Shown here: piece after piece, positions 1 to 12,900 of the stretch
Numbering within the stretch: the stretch's first letter is position 1
Layout: each line of letters begins with the position of its first letter
NCBI RefSeq assembly: GCF_038025025.1
Contig: NW_027117348.1
Location: forward strand, 1,054,001-1,118,000
Direction: 5' to 3'
DNA from: Phyllosticta citribraziliensis
Taxonomy: Eukaryota
Length of the DNA: 64,000 bases
Program-made: the position numbers and the translations under genes
Notes under the pieces: generated by a model
What the model was told of the DNA's origin: nothing
The model's database searches: none
What the model saw: only the letters and a program-made list of their open reading frames with translations

Positions 1-2853
1 CCCTGGAGTTTTGAATATGGCGGAGAGACTGAGGATGAAGAGACTGACAGCGAGCTTTCTCGGACTTCGACAGCTACAGACGACCGTTCAAGACACCGCA
101 GCAGGCCTTCCACGCCAGTTGAATTCGACGCCGATCAGACCCCGCACGCGCCGCTCAACGAAAGCATGGAGCAACTTGCAGCATCGAAACATTCGACGAC
201 CTCGCTTCCAGCCATGGGCAACGAACAAATGGAAAAGGAGACTCGCTCATCATCCGTCACTGGCCTCGAAGGTACAATGTGGGGCCCGTACGATTCCCCG
301 CCACCTCGAGGTAGAAACCCGAGCATCGCTGGGAGCTTGACCTCGACCAAACCGGACTTGCCCGACGACCTTCCCGTTCCAGAACACTTTCGCTACGTTC
401 CGCTAATGACCCTCCACGACGCTCGCAAAGCGTTTCGCGATACTGTTTCCGGACTGGAGTATCTCCACTACCAAGGAGTCATCCATCGAGACATTAAGCC
501 CGCAAATCTGCTGCAAGCAAGAGACGGGCACATTAAGATTTCGGATTTCGGAGTGTCGTACTTGGGCCGCCGTTCAGCGACGTCCTATGGCAACGGTGAC
601 GATCAATCAGAATCGGACGCGCAGGATGTCGACGAGGCGATTGAGCTGGCCAAGACGGTCGGCACGCCCGCCTTTTATGCGCCAGAGCTCTGCCAGACCG
701 ACGCTGACAACGACCCCTTGCCCGTGACCCTGCAGATTGACGTTTGGGCTCTTGGAGTCACGCTGTACTGCTTGGTGTTTGGCCGCGTTCCATTTCATGA
801 CTTGAACACGTTTGTTGTCATGAGACTCATTGCAGAAGAAGAAGTTTACATTCCCCGCTTTCGGCTGAGGGCCGTTGACGATCGAACAACCTCCCGCCCC
901 AACTCTCACAGCCGGTTGTGGAGCAGCATGGCGAGAGATAGGCGAGCCCACCACGAACTCGTCTACGAAGAGGTCGACGAGGAGCTTTATGATCTTTTGC
1001 GAAGGCTCCTTGTCAAAGATCCGCGACGACGCATCACTTTGCCCGAGGTGAAGCATCATCCTTGGGTGCTGCGCGATCTTGAGCACCCGCTCGTGTGGCT
1101 TGAGCAATCCGACCCTGCACGCGTCCCCGACTACAAGAAGATTGAAGTTTCCAGAGAGGATGTCGACGACGCCGTCGTTCAACTCAATCTGTTGGAGCGT
1201 GTCAAGTCAGGCATGCGGAAGCTCGGCGGGGCGCTCGGTATTGGACCCAAGACGCCGGCGCCTGGGAGAAAGCGGGGGAAGAGCGGCACTGGTGAAGGGC
1301 TATCAGCAACGTCGTCGAGCAGCACCATCAGCCAGGATCTTCGGAGAGCCAGCATCAGGCCGGACGAAATTAGCGCTCTATTGAAAGCCTCCAGGGAAGG
1401 TGAACACCCACTATCCAAAAGTGTCACCGCCAGCCCTGAGCTCAGAGAACGCCCACAGTTTTTCATAGGTCCGTATTCAAGGCCAGCAACCCCCGAAGGC
1501 GCCGAATATGACGACCCGGACGCGTCTCCGAGAGCCAACAACAGCGATAAGCACCACAAGTTGAGTTTTGCCTCGCGAGCCGAGTCGAGCATGAACACGG
1601 GTGGCTCCATTCGGACAATTAAGCAGTCAGACTTTGAATATGTCTCGCAACGTCGAGGCGTATCGCCAACCATGCCACAGGGCGTTCCGAGCACGCCACT
1701 CACGCTGGACCCCCCGGGTGCATCCAACCTGAGTGGATTGTTTGGCGGAGCTGGCCGCCGCATTCTGCGTTCTGTGAGGAGCAAAGAAAGACGCGCGGAT
1801 ACCACCAGGCCTCGCAGCCGCAATCCCTCGGTCGATCGTTTGGCGACTGGAGATGACGATGCCCACGGTGAACCGAGCATCGCGTTGAGCGAAGCTTGTG
1901 CAGCAGGTCAAGTCGATCAGCCTCCTCTGCTCAAGGAGAGTCCCGTCACAGGTAGCGCTGCTGCAAGCCCAGGGTCGCCTGCTTCGCGGTCCAATACCGA
2001 GTCGGACATTCACCAGAGTCGCGAGGGGACTCCGTCGCGTCAGTCTTCCATTTCGTCGGCGTCGTCACATCGCCCGCCTACCAAGGGTCGTGGCGGCGAA
2101 GACATCTTGTACAACTCGCCCGCCTTTCAAGATTATCTGACGGACAATTTCAACCGAGCCAAGGAAGAGAATCGTCGCCGTCACGTGCTGCAAGACTTTC
2201 AAAGTCACTCCAGACCCACCTCGTCATCGGGTAGCCGACCGCTCAGCAGCTACACCCAGGATCCATGTCCACTCAGTCCAGACGACATTGCCTTTTATGA
2301 ACAACGACGTCAAAGAGAAATCGACGACGCCCCAGAACACTCGGACGCCACGCTCAAAGGGTTTCCCCAATCGCTCACCACGAGCTCTTCTGAAGACCAG
2401 TTTTCGGGCATGTCACAGTCCACATCCAACCCATCAATCCCGTCGGTTGTATCGGCCAACTCCTCCGTCATGCAGGACGATTCCCTTGGTCCCGAGCAAA
2501 AGAGCCACGCGCTCCACTCGGCCATTGAGATTTCGCCCAACTCGACGTTTTCGGGCGGCGCCGAACACGAACAGCCTGGGTACGAGGGTGACCACGCAAT
2601 TGAAAGCGACGAAGATTCGAGCGAAGATTCAGGAGACGATTTCATAGAAATATCGTCTCGCAAAAGACCATTGCCAAAAAGGCCGTCCAGGAGCGAAAGC
2701 ATATCGTACGCGGAGCTGTCTCGGAACAAGGGAAGGCCAGAGTTTGACAGTGGACGAAAATCATCACGCAGCGGAAGCAACGGCACGGTGAAAAAAGTCC
2801 GCAGCCATAGCGACTCGGATGGTGAGGTCATGAGGCCGCACCAGAGCGCATAA
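1..2853 (+). CDS. Ser/Thr protein kinase, CAMKK-like (Ssp1/Sak1/Elm1 type), 5'-truncated by the window edge
   Basis: Frame open from base 1. Kinase motifs LEYLHYQGVIHRDIKPANLL, KISDFGVS, KTVGTPAFYAPE, DVWALGVTLY; long Ser-rich C-terminal tail. Confidence 0.9.
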   Translation, partial: PWSFEYGGETEDEETDSELSRTSTATDDRSRHRSRPSTPVEFDADQTPHAPLNESMEQLAASKHSTTSLPAMGNEQMEKETRSSSVTGLEGTMWGPYDSPPPRGRNPSIAGSLTSTKPDLPDDLPVPEHFRYVPLMTLHDARKAFRDTVSGLEYLHYQGVIHRDIKPANLLQARDGHIKISDFGVSYLGRRSATSYGNGDDQSESDAQDVDEAIELAKTVGTPAFYAPELCQTDADNDPLPVTLQIDVWALGVTLYCLVFGRVPFHDLNTFVVMRLIAEEEVYIPRFRLRAVDDRTTSRPNSHSRLWSSMARDRRAHHELVYEEVDEELYDLLRRLLVKDPRRRITLPEVKHHPWVLRDLEHPLVWLEQSDPARVPDYKKIEVSREDVDDAVVQLNLLERVKSGMRKLGGALGIGPKTPAPGRKRGKSGTGEGLSATSSSSTISQDLRRASIRPDEISALLKASREGEHPLSKSVTASPELRERPQFFIGPYSRPATPEGAEYDDPDASPRANNSDKHHKLSFASRAESSMNTGGSIRTIKQSDFEYVSQRRGVSPTMPQGVPSTPLTLDPPGASNLSGLFGGAGRRILRSVRSKERRADTTRPRSRNPSVDRLATGDDDAHGEPSIALSEACAAGQVDQPPLLKESPVTGSAAASPGSPASRSNTESDIHQSREGTPSRQSSISSASSHRPPTKGRGGEDILYNSPAFQDYLTDNFNRAKEENRRRHVLQDFQSHSRPTSSSGSRPLSSYTQDPCPLSPDDIAFYEQRRQREIDDAPEHSDATLKGFPQSLTTSSSEDQFSGMSQSTSNPSIPSVVSANSSVMQDDSLGPEQKSHALHSAIEISPNSTFSGGAEHEQPGYEGDHAIESDEDSSEDSGDDFIEISSRKRPLPKRPSRSESISYAELSRNKGRPEFDSGRKSSRSGSNGTVKKVRSHSDSDGEVMRPHQSA

Positions 2854-4017
2854 AAAACAAACACGCCCAAACCACCACCACGTCTTTCTTTCCCGGGGTC
2901 GTCGAGTTTCGCACAAGACCCTAGAGCAACAACTTGGTCCAGTCTTTTTCCAATGTGGGTTCAGCGATGGCGCACTCGGCGTCGGCGAGCAAAGTTTGGT
3001 TCCGGGAATTTCCAAAAGCGGCGGACAAGAAGGGCGGGCTACAGGACGCGCCACGGACTTGCAATATTTCGTCTTTTACTGGCACTAGAGCAGGTTGCTG
3101 GGAACACGGCTTGCTCGGCCGCGATTGCAAGTTGGGACCTGTCTTTTCTTTCTTTTCTGTACATTTTCCTTGTCTCGGTTAAAAGGGAACCGTGCTTTGA
3201 CGACGTCTTGTTTTATTTTGACGACGATACGGTCTGGCGCCTGGGATATAGACTCGACTCCTCTCAGCTTGTATTGATCGCTTTGGAGGGCGGCAGCAGC
3301 GGGTTCGTGTTGAAGCGCAGCCGACTGGCCGGGAGAATTTGTTTTGGGCTGTACCATGAGCAGAGTGTTGAATGCAATTGTTGAGAGAGACTGGCGACGT
3401 ATATCTGCGACTGGAGCTCGTATGTGGTGTTGAGTGGCGAGATGATGGGCGGTCAGGCCTGCACGCGGGCTCGGCCGCAGCGAGGGAGTCCCTGTCATGG
3501 GAATCGAAAGCCGGAGGAGGGAACAGAGGAGACAGGGTCAGATTTGCCGGGCTTGCCTGGTTTTGTAGCAAGCAGTCGAGGTTTGCGTCTCACGTAGAGC
3601 GGCGATTCGTTGGTGTGGGGGGTGGTTTGCGGGGAGGCGGTGCCATTGGCGGAGAAATTGTCGAGCGAAGGCATGCCATCATGGCCAGAGGGCAGAGCAG
3701 CGACCAACATCCGCCCACCGCCCATTGGTCTCAGAGCCATTATCCGCGTCCACCTCGTCCACCTCCGCGTATCTTCTATATGGCCATGCACATCTAAGAC
3801 GCTCCGCTCCCTCTGTCTCTTACTGTATCCCCAGCCCAGCTCCGTCGGCCGCCTTGCCTGCCTCTGGCCGCGACTCTATTTCTTCTGGACATGACTTCCT
3901 GTCCTGCCGCCCACATCCTCTTGTTGCTGCTGTGCTCGATGCAAACCCTCGACGACACTTGTCCCGCCCGCCGCATTCTTGTCGAACTCCAGCTGCGCAT
4001 CAACGGCTTCAACGTGT

Positions 4018-6219
4018 ATGGCTAGTGCTCCCGACCTGGCCAGCTCGTCCCACCTCCCCAGCCGCATGCGCATCGCCGAAATCCTGCAGCCCGCCATGGC
4101 CTCGACGAGAACCCACACCGACGTCAACAAGAGCCTGGCCGTCGTCCACGTCGAGTCCCTGGTCGAGCCTGGCAGGCCGTCGTTGCTGGTCGTCCACGGC
4201 CCGGGCGAGCAGGACATGCTGCAGCTCATCGCAAGCGTCCTGGGTCAGGGCCATGTCTTTGCGCGGTCAATGGCAGACGTGGCCGCCACCAAGCCCGCGA
4301 CTGTCGTGGGCCTCTCGAACGACGTCGATGCCGCGGCGTTGGCGCATCGCCGCGACACCAGGATCCTCTTGAACGTCCACTGCGTGGACGAGTCGGCGCC
4401 GGATGAACGCCTGTCCGAGGTCTGCGACTACGAGTACCTCTACACCCGCTCCCCGTATCTCCGGCGTGACCTGACGCGCTTCTTGGCCTTTGTCCTCGGT
4501 CAGATTGCGCCGCACGAGGACCTGTTGAAGAAGAACCGGACGACGCTCATTTCGACGACGTTCCCCGACGTCCACGCCGCGCTCCCTAATCTTGACATTC
4601 TCTCAGTTGGCGCCGATGCTGTCGAGTTGCGTGTGGACCTACTCAAGGAGCCGCTCGACGACGGCAGCCATGCTCCGGTGCCGAGTCTCCGGTACGTGGG
4701 CAAGCAGCTCATGACGTTGCGCCAGCGCACCGAGCTGCCCATCATCTACACGACGAGATGCACGCGCGAGAATGGCAGGTTCCCCATGGACGACCCGGCC
4801 CTCTTTTACAAGTACCTGTACCGGGCCAAGCAGTGGGGGGTCGAGTACCTGGACGTCGAGTTGTGGTTGCCGGAAGAGGTTCGCCGGCAGCTGGCGCAGA
4901 GGAAGGGAAACAGTAAGATAATATCGGCCTTTCACGACTTTTCCGGCCAGTTCAAGTGGACGTCGCCGCAGGCCAAGGAGCTGTTCAAGAAGGGCGCCGT
5001 GTATGGTGACGTGGTGAAGATGATTGCGCTGGTCCACCAAATGCAGGACAATTATGAACTCGAGTACTTTCGCTCGCTCATCACAGCCGAGCACCCCCAT
5101 GGCCCGCCATTCTCCGGGCTAAACATGAGCCCTGCAGGCCAGCTGTCTCGCATGCTCAACAAGGTCTTTACGCCCATCACGCACCCGCTGCTGCCAATGA
5201 TTGCAGCCCCCGGCCAGCTAAGCGCCGCTGAAATCAACACGGCGTTGCACAGCATGGGCCACATGCCCAAGCAGGACATTTACGGCATCGGCAGTTACAA
5301 GTTGGCGACACAGGCCTTGTTTTTTGAAAAGTGTTTCAACGAGCTCAGCCTGCCGCACAACTTTCTGTTTGTAGACAAGGCAGCGCCGCCGTCGGCCAGG
5401 GGCTCGTCGTCTCTGTCGGATCAGGTCGAGGCCATTGTTCGACGCGAAGGCTTTGGCGGCGCCTTCATCAACCCGCCCCTGCCGCCACCCACCCCCTTCC
5501 TGCCCGCCCTCTCCGACGCCGCCAAAGCCATCCGCCTCGTCGATACCATCGTCGTGCGCAACACCAACGGGCCCGACAGCGCGGCGACGCTGGTCGGCGA
5601 AAACGCCACCTGGAAGGGCATCCGCGCGACGCTGACGCGCGACTTTGTGCCGTCGGCGTACGGCGGGCGGGCGGCGCTGGTGCTGGCCAACTCGGAGACG
5701 GACGCGGCGCCCGTCGTGTTTGCGCTCAAGAGCCTCGACATTGGGCCCATTTACTCGATCGGCTTCCACTCGCGCGGGCCGGGCCCGCTGGCCGCCGCCG
5801 TCGAGCCGTTTCGCTCCGTCGAGGACGTCAAGAAGCTCGCGCAGCCGGGCCCGTTTGTCATTGTGTCGGCGCTGCCGGGCGAGAAGAGCGCCCTCGTTGG
5901 CCCGCTGCTCAAGCACTATAGCAGCTGCAAGCTCCAATCCCAATCCCAATCCCCCTCGCCCTCCCCGTCACAATCCCAAGATCAGTGCCAGGGCCGCAGC
6001 GGTGTGAATGTGGCGCCGCCGGCGGGCAAGGTGTTTTTGGATCTGGCCAACGGGCCGCGCAAGGTCGACGTCATGGCGCTGGCGCAAGAGGCCGGCTGGA
6101 CCGCATACGGCGTGGCGGACGTGAGTGCGTGGACGACGGTCGAGACGCTGCGGTTGCTGGTGGGCCAGAACGTGCCCTGCGATTTCGTCCGCTTGGCGTC
6201 GGGGCGGAGTTTGTTTTGA
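4018..6219 (+). CDS. AROM-derived protein: degenerate shikimate-kinase remnant, type I 3-dehydroquinase domain and degenerate shikimate-dehydrogenase domain (QutR/qa-1S-like)
   Basis: DHQase-I motifs GADAVELRVDLL, PIIYTTR, EYLDVEL, IISAFHDF, GDVVKMI, GQLSRMLNKVFTPITHPLLP, AAPGQLS. SDH-like remnants AKAIRLVDTIVV and LVGENATWKGI. First in-frame ATG at 4018. Confidence 0.8.
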   Translation: MASAPDLASSSHLPSRMRIAEILQPAMASTRTHTDVNKSLAVVHVESLVEPGRPSLLVVHGPGEQDMLQLIASVLGQGHVFARSMADVAATKPATVVGLSNDVDAAALAHRRDTRILLNVHCVDESAPDERLSEVCDYEYLYTRSPYLRRDLTRFLAFVLGQIAPHEDLLKKNRTTLISTTFPDVHAALPNLDILSVGADAVELRVDLLKEPLDDGSHAPVPSLRYVGKQLMTLRQRTELPIIYTTRCTRENGRFPMDDPALFYKYLYRAKQWGVEYLDVELWLPEEVRRQLAQRKGNSKIISAFHDFSGQFKWTSPQAKELFKKGAVYGDVVKMIALVHQMQDNYELEYFRSLITAEHPHGPPFSGLNMSPAGQLSRMLNKVFTPITHPLLPMIAAPGQLSAAEINTALHSMGHMPKQDIYGIGSYKLATQALFFEKCFNELSLPHNFLFVDKAAPPSARGSSSLSDQVEAIVRREGFGGAFINPPLPPPTPFLPALSDAAKAIRLVDTIVVRNTNGPDSAATLVGENATWKGIRATLTRDFVPSAYGGRAALVLANSETDAAPVVFALKSLDIGPIYSIGFHSRGPGPLAAAVEPFRSVEDVKKLAQPGPFVIVSALPGEKSALVGPLLKHYSSCKLQSQSQSPSPSPSQSQDQCQGRSGVNVAPPAGKVFLDLANGPRKVDVMALAQEAGWTAYGVADVSAWTTVETLRLLVGQNVPCDFVRLASGRSLF

Positions 6220-9200
6220 TGTCTTGTTTTGCCTCCTGATGATGGTGGTGGTGTTGGTGGTTGTTGTCCTTTTTGGGTACGCCTCCCGTAATTTCTCCCT
6301 TTCTCTCTCTCTCTATCTTGACCCGACTACTGCATGTGGATTGCTTGCCTTTTTCGTATGAGGCGAGGCCAGACTAGATTATGATTGCGATTGCCATGCC
6401 GTCTTTTTCGTATCCTCTCTTTCGTATCCTCTTCTTCCCCTTTCCCTATTTCCCCGTCTCTTTACTGCGTACATCTTGTTTGTGAACAGAAGAACAGGGC
6501 ACGATGCTTTTGAATCCTGCGAACCAGCCAGCCAGTCCAGCCCCCTGCCCTACCTACCCTACCCAACCCAACATGCAGGTACCGATCTACCCACCCTGCT
6601 GGGCCGCGTCTCGTCAATCTCTCACGATGATGCTGCGCCGTCTGCCCCAGCCGAGCTGTGTGGGTCTTTGTCGGTGTGGCCGATGGGTGTGGTTTGCGGG
6701 CGTTTGCGGCTGCTGCTGCCTATCTTTCTGTCTCTCTACCTGATTTGCTGGATGGCTGGATGGCTGGCTGTGGGTTGTCGGTTCCACACACTTACCTACG
6801 TACACAGCACAGCACAATGATACCCACGACACTCGCCGCATCCAACGCCCCAACACCTACCTATCTACCTACCTCTGCCCGACACGCAAGGAGACGTGCA
6901 GTGCAAGCTGCCTTCGTTATCTCTGCAGTGCTTCTGCGCAGGCGCGCTTTTACCGTCCTAGCTGCCTTTGTGTCTTTTCAGCACTCTGCCACAAGAGTGC
7001 GGCGCAGCAGGGAGCGGAGGTGGAGATAGAGCACGCACGCGAGCAAGCAAGCAAGATCGAGGAGAGAAAGACGAGGCTACGTCTTCGCAAAAGTATGCCG
7101 GGTGCTTCTCGTCTCGTCATGGCTTCTCTCGTCTACATTTTTACGTGTGTATGTATACGTCCACAAATGGAAAAACACGCGGCGAGAGAGTGAGAGGGGG
7201 AGAGTGGTGATGGTGCTTGACTGAGGTGGACGATGAGAGTGTGACTTCATTGGATGGCTGGCTGGATGGATGGATGGCTGAGCGCGAAGAGAGACCGACA
7301 TTTTAGAAGAACTGAGAATTGGAGGAATGGATTACGCTGCTCTACTGCCTAGGCACCTCCTTCAGTCATCCTGTGTCGTCCGCGGAGCAAACATGATCCC
7401 CCGCGCCGTAAACGCCCGCAGTCACCCCGTCAACATCCGCCGCAGAAGACAGGATCCAAATCTGTGGCATAGCACAGGCCAGCACCGCACCAGCTCTGTC
7501 AACGCTCTTCAAATTTCCCCTCGACCCTCCAGAGAAATAGAGATGCCTGGATCCCCCGCTCTTGAGAGGCGCCGTGAAATGTGGTGCCCGCCCCAGTAAT
7601 GGCTGGCTCCGCTCACGCTGTTGGCACTGTTTTGTTTGCTGTAGCTATTCACTCACCTACCTGACCTCACTGCGCCTTTGCATCACTGCGTCCTCGCCTC
7701 ACTGCGTCCTCACCTCACTGTGTTCTCACCTCACTGAGTTCAGCTCAAACGATTCGTGCGGAAAAGACCGACAACAAGCGATCAGACATGGAAGCTTTAG
7801 AACATCACATCATCTACATGAGAAGGAGAGCGGGAGTCTGCCCGCCCCTTCGATTCATTCCATGCCATGCACATGCACATGTACGCGTTGCATGCATGCA
7901 GGCAGGCTGCATATACACATACAGTACACACATCCATCGCGAGCGAGCAAGCAAGCAAGCAAGCGTGGCGTGGGTTCGGCTTGCTGGCTTGCTTCGCGTC
8001 GTCTGCTCTTCTGCACGCATGCTGCTGGACACAAGGCTGGCTGGGGCGCGGCGGGAGAGGCCGGGCCGCAGATTGCCTTGGCTCATCGCGCTGCTGTTCC
8101 TGCCGACGGGTGTTCGAGGTTGATGAAGGGCTCGCTTTGTGGTTGGTTAGGTGTGGTCTTGGGCGGGTGCTCGAGAGACTTCTGGCGCCTGCGCATGATT
8201 GCGCTGGGCGTCGAGATGGCTCTTTTTGGCCCCATGTCGTAAGTAGTCCCTCACTTCATTTGAGGATATGGAAAGATCAGGGAGAAACGATGTGGTGTCT
8301 TGATCTAGTCAATCCAATCTAGGGCGGGCCAGAACCAGCAGTGGGCTTCGATCTGGCATTTCTTTTGCGCCCTTTGCGTTTGACGCCGAACAGGTGTGTA
8401 GGACACGGTTAGAGCGGGCTTGCCGGTTGTGTTCTCCGACGGGTGGTGATATGGAGATTGGATCGCATCCAACTCGTCGGGTTGCAACGCAGGCAAAGTA
8501 AAGTTCAAGGCGAAATGAAAGCAAGTAGCCGTAATTGCCCAGCTGCAGTCGTCGGGTCGGCTTGGCGTCGGCGTCTTGCAGAGGGCAGGCGGATATGTGC
8601 GTCATATTCTCTTCCAATGCTCCCGAGCAATATACAAGTGAGAATTCACCGGTCGGCCGGGCTCACGTCGAGAAGCGCGTAAGCAGCCGTTGGTCGCGTT
8701 CCTGCGCCTGTCCGCTCTGCCACGCGCGAGACGGGGCCCAGCCTTGCTGTCGTGGACCAAGAGTGCGTGATGGGCCCGCGGCGGTAGCACGAGCAGCCGA
8801 GTCGAGTAGCGAGGCCGTTGCCGTTGCAATTCTGAGACACGCAGGCAGAAAAAGCGACGAGTGACGACAGGGCTTGGTTTGACATGGTCGCACGCAGCCG
8901 CCGAAGAAAACACGTTCGAATGAGCCTCACACGGAACGACGCGCCGTCGATACAGAGTCTCGAATCGAGACGGTTTACCTTGTGGCAAGATGGGCCGTGA
9001 TTTGCTCGACAAGGCTCGCCGCGTGTCCGAGCTGCAAGCGAGGCGGGGTGCAGCGGGTGAGCGGCCACACGGTTGACCCTGGGTACCTTTTTTTCATTTA
9101 GCAGCAACGGCGGCAGGTCAGTGGTTCGGTGGCGGCGGCAACGCGGGGGATGGTTTGGGGAGGCGCCGTTGTGGCGTGGGTGCGTGCGTAGGTGGAGTGG

Positions 9201-9976
9201 GCGGACGAGATGCAGCGGATGGCAGACTTGGCCATGGCCGTGGAGAATGGGCGGCTGTTGCTTGGTGTTGAGTTGACCGAGGCAGAGGGGCTTTTTCCCG
9301 AGCAGGCGCTGGTGTTGTTTCGGCGGCGAGGTGGTTGTTTCGTGGCTGACGATGTACAGTGTAGAGGGCGAGTGTCTGCAGCAGGCTGTAAAGGTGTAGG
9401 ACAGTCGAGCTGGTACGGCCGGTAGATGTAGGTGTTGTTGTTGTTGCGATAGAGTTGTAGCCAAGGAGAGCAAGGAGAGGCGGCAAACGGGGCCGCGACG
9501 GAAGCGGAAGTGGAAGCTGGTGCAACGACAGCACCAACCTAACGTAACAACATCACCGTCGTCTGTCAGACTCAGATGGCCGTCATGTGGTGCATCTGGG
9601 GCCAGCAAGGCTAAACCCATGCGGGCAGCCAAGCTCCGGCGACAACATGGGGGGCATGGGCATGGGCATGGGCCTGGCTGGGTGGAGGGCTTCCTTCGGT
9701 TCGTCTGCGCGCGGGGTGGGGAAGTGCAATATCCAAAGCAATCCTGAGTCGTACCTCGTCACCTCCATAAGGCGGCTATTCTCATCGTCATGCCCATCCT
9801 CTCGACGTCTCTCTTTTGACTTCCTCTCGGCCCTTTGCTGGCTGCTCGCCCTCTCCTCTCCAATCCACCCTGACCGCCCCCAACGCGTCTGACATCGCCT
9901 GGCCATGTATGCCCCCTCCAGCACCACCCTCTCGTCACCCTCCGATTCTCACCGCGCCCTCTGAACGTCTTCCGCC

Positions 9977-12900
9977 ATGGCCACCAGACCCCAGGTCGGC
10001 ATCGATCGTCTGCCCCAGCGCCGCGTGAGCAACGAGCCCAGAGAGGCCATGAATTGCAAGAGCTGCCGCAAGAGAAAGGTACTCCAACTCTCTTTTCTTC
10101 GAGCTCGACTCATTGAACGCGTTTGGTACAGATCAAATGCAATCGCCTGAAGCCCACGTGCGAGGCTTGTCAGGTCTTTGCTTGCCCGTGCATCTACGGT
10201 GTGTACTCTTTGTTACATTCGGACCCAGACTTAGCCTGATTGCAGAATTGGTGGCTGATGACATGTTGCAGACGCCGTGCCCAAGAAGCGCGGGCCAAAG
10301 ACCGACGTCCTCGAAGGTTGGACCATTCAACCAAGCCAAGACCATTTCTGACCTCGAACAGCATTGCTCAAACGCGTAGACGGCCTTGAAAAACGTCTCC
10401 ACGAAGAAAACAAGGAAAAGCCAGTCGAAGTCGAAACCGACGAGACCCAATCATCAACCGAAACTTTGAATGAGCCAGAGCCTGCCAAACCTGCGAGCGC
10501 GCCTCCAGCCGCTCAGCGACCACGAGCTGCAACTTCAAATCCAAACATCTCCATTCCGCCTGCAGTCATCTCTCCTCCGCAACCAATGTGCGATCCCTCG
10601 CCGACTTTGGCTTCTCCGCTAACGTTGCGCAGCCAGCAAACTCCAGTTTATGCTCCCACCGACGTTCTGGTCGATGCCTATTTTGCAAGGCTGCACGGAA
10701 AGCCGTATTACATTTTGGACGAATTGACGACAAGACAACGACTCCAGCATCAACAATTGCCAAGCCATTTGGCACATGCGATCTATGCCGTCAGCGCTCG
10801 GTAGGTCGTCATCTCCTGGACTTTTTCCATGACTGACCCATCAATGGGCTCGAATTTCCTTATTCCAGTGAAGGCCCCAAGGAGACGAACTTCATTCCCG
10901 GGCTAGTTTGGGTGCAGAAGCCTGGAAAATGTGGCAACCCCGTGGACTGACTTTTGCAGATACGTACCACATGGCCATGTTGGAGGCTACAGTGCCGCCG
11001 TCCGCGCATCTGATGAATATGCCGCCCGATCTCGAGTGGGGCTCGATTCCGACGAGCCCTGCATTGAGAGTCTTCAGACGCTGTTATTACTCGCCCAGGC
11101 AAATTACCAAGCTGGTCGGGGGAAAAAGGCATACATGCTGCTCAGTAAGCGTCCCGACGGTTGGAAGAACGCGACTGACTTGTCTAGCAACGGCAATAAG
11201 CATGGCTTTTGCTCTTGAGCTACATCGGGAGCTTCCCATGATGATCAACATTCCACCATCTGAGCGTGAGGGCCGTCGACGACTATTCTGGGCGTGTTAT
11301 CTCATGGACCGCTTTGCCGCCTGTGGATCCAAACGACCATCGCTGATATCTGACGAATCCATTTTCCTGCGGCTGCCATCGTCGATTTCCACCCCCGGCT
11401 CCATGATGATGGAAGGCGACTTTTTCCGAAATGGCTCCAACATGCCATATCTCGCTGGCCCTACCAGACAGAACCAAAGTAGCTCTGTGATGCTGATTGG
11501 TATTTCGAGGATTCTGGGCGTCACGAATCGATATCTCGCAGCCGGTGGAGTAAAGGGGGACTCGCACTTTCCATGGCACTCGCTCTCAAATCTTTCCAAA
11601 ATCCGCCACGAGCTGGACATGTGGGCGGCCGAAACCCAAGACACATTCAGCTCGCTCGAAAACCTCTTTGGCCACCAAGAAAGCACTCTCTTGGTCTTGA
11701 GCAAACTAATCTATCACATAATTCACTGCCTGATTTACCGCACCTTTCTCCCAATGGACCTTGCCGAGCTCTCTATTACCGGACAACACCAATCATGGCA
11801 GATTGAGGCGACCAATCTTTGCTTTTTGCACGCAAACGCAGTGGCCGAGCTCGTCGAAATTGGCCGCACGTCATCCATAATCGACTGGCCCGCTTTTGTT
11901 GGATACTGCGTCGGCACAGCTGGAACGATTCATGTACACGGAGCACACTATCGAGGCCGAGACGGCGAAGTCTACTCGACCAGTGCCGAGCTGTTAGCTA
12001 GGGAGATGCAGCAACTGGCGGAATTGCGCTTCATTTGGGCCGGCGTGCAGCACCAGAGGGATACACTCCAGTGGATCTACGGCTGTCACTCTGAGTTGGT
12101 CAAGAGCATGGCTGGAAACACCATGAGGTTTAGTCCGACGATGGATTTGGAGGACTTTTTCGACCGCTATCCCGGTCACGCCATTGATGGAGCACACATC
12201 ACCTTTCAAGACTTGTCACTGGATACGGTCCACGACAGGTAAGCACCACATTCTCTTGATTGTCTCTTACTCACACTAGCAGTATCTCCCTGTACACTCA
12301 ATCCCCGCAGAGCGCTTTTGTAGGCTCTACCTCGTTGCCCTTTAAAATCCAGCCGCCTGTCCTCCCATCCCAACCACAGTCGACAAGTCCCGTCGAGCGC
12401 CGTCGTAAGCGTCGCTGCACAACTGGAGTGAATCAGTCCAGCAAAATTACAACTTCCAACACCAAATCCGAAAGCAGCACAGCCACCTCGATTCCGGTGC
12501 CATCCATCACTGACCAATCCACCAAAACGGACACACCAGACGATACGACACAACACCGGGACATGAACGTCACGACGACCCTCCCATCCTTCCACCAACA
12601 AATCATAACGCCCTTCTCGCCCAGCTTCACCTTCACCGCCTCCTTCACGCCCGACCCCGCGCCGCCATCCTCCAAACACAGCCGCAGCAACAGCGACAGC
12701 AGCAACAAAAACAACAGCACCACCACAACAGCGTCGTCCACCGACAACCACACCACCGCCACCCCCGCCCCCTCCAACTCGTCCAGCGCCTCTGCCATCG
12801 TCCCGCCCAGCGCAACCAACAACGCCGCCGCGACGCCCTCCTTCGACGCCATCTTCTCCATCCCCACCCCGCACTACGCCGAGCAGCCGTCGCCGCTGAC

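Noticed and set aside
6300..9900. Many 70-330-aa ORFs in the long intergenic region
   Set aside because: Microsatellite-rich and low-complexity with no recognisable domain or codon bias; likely UTR or promoter DNA.
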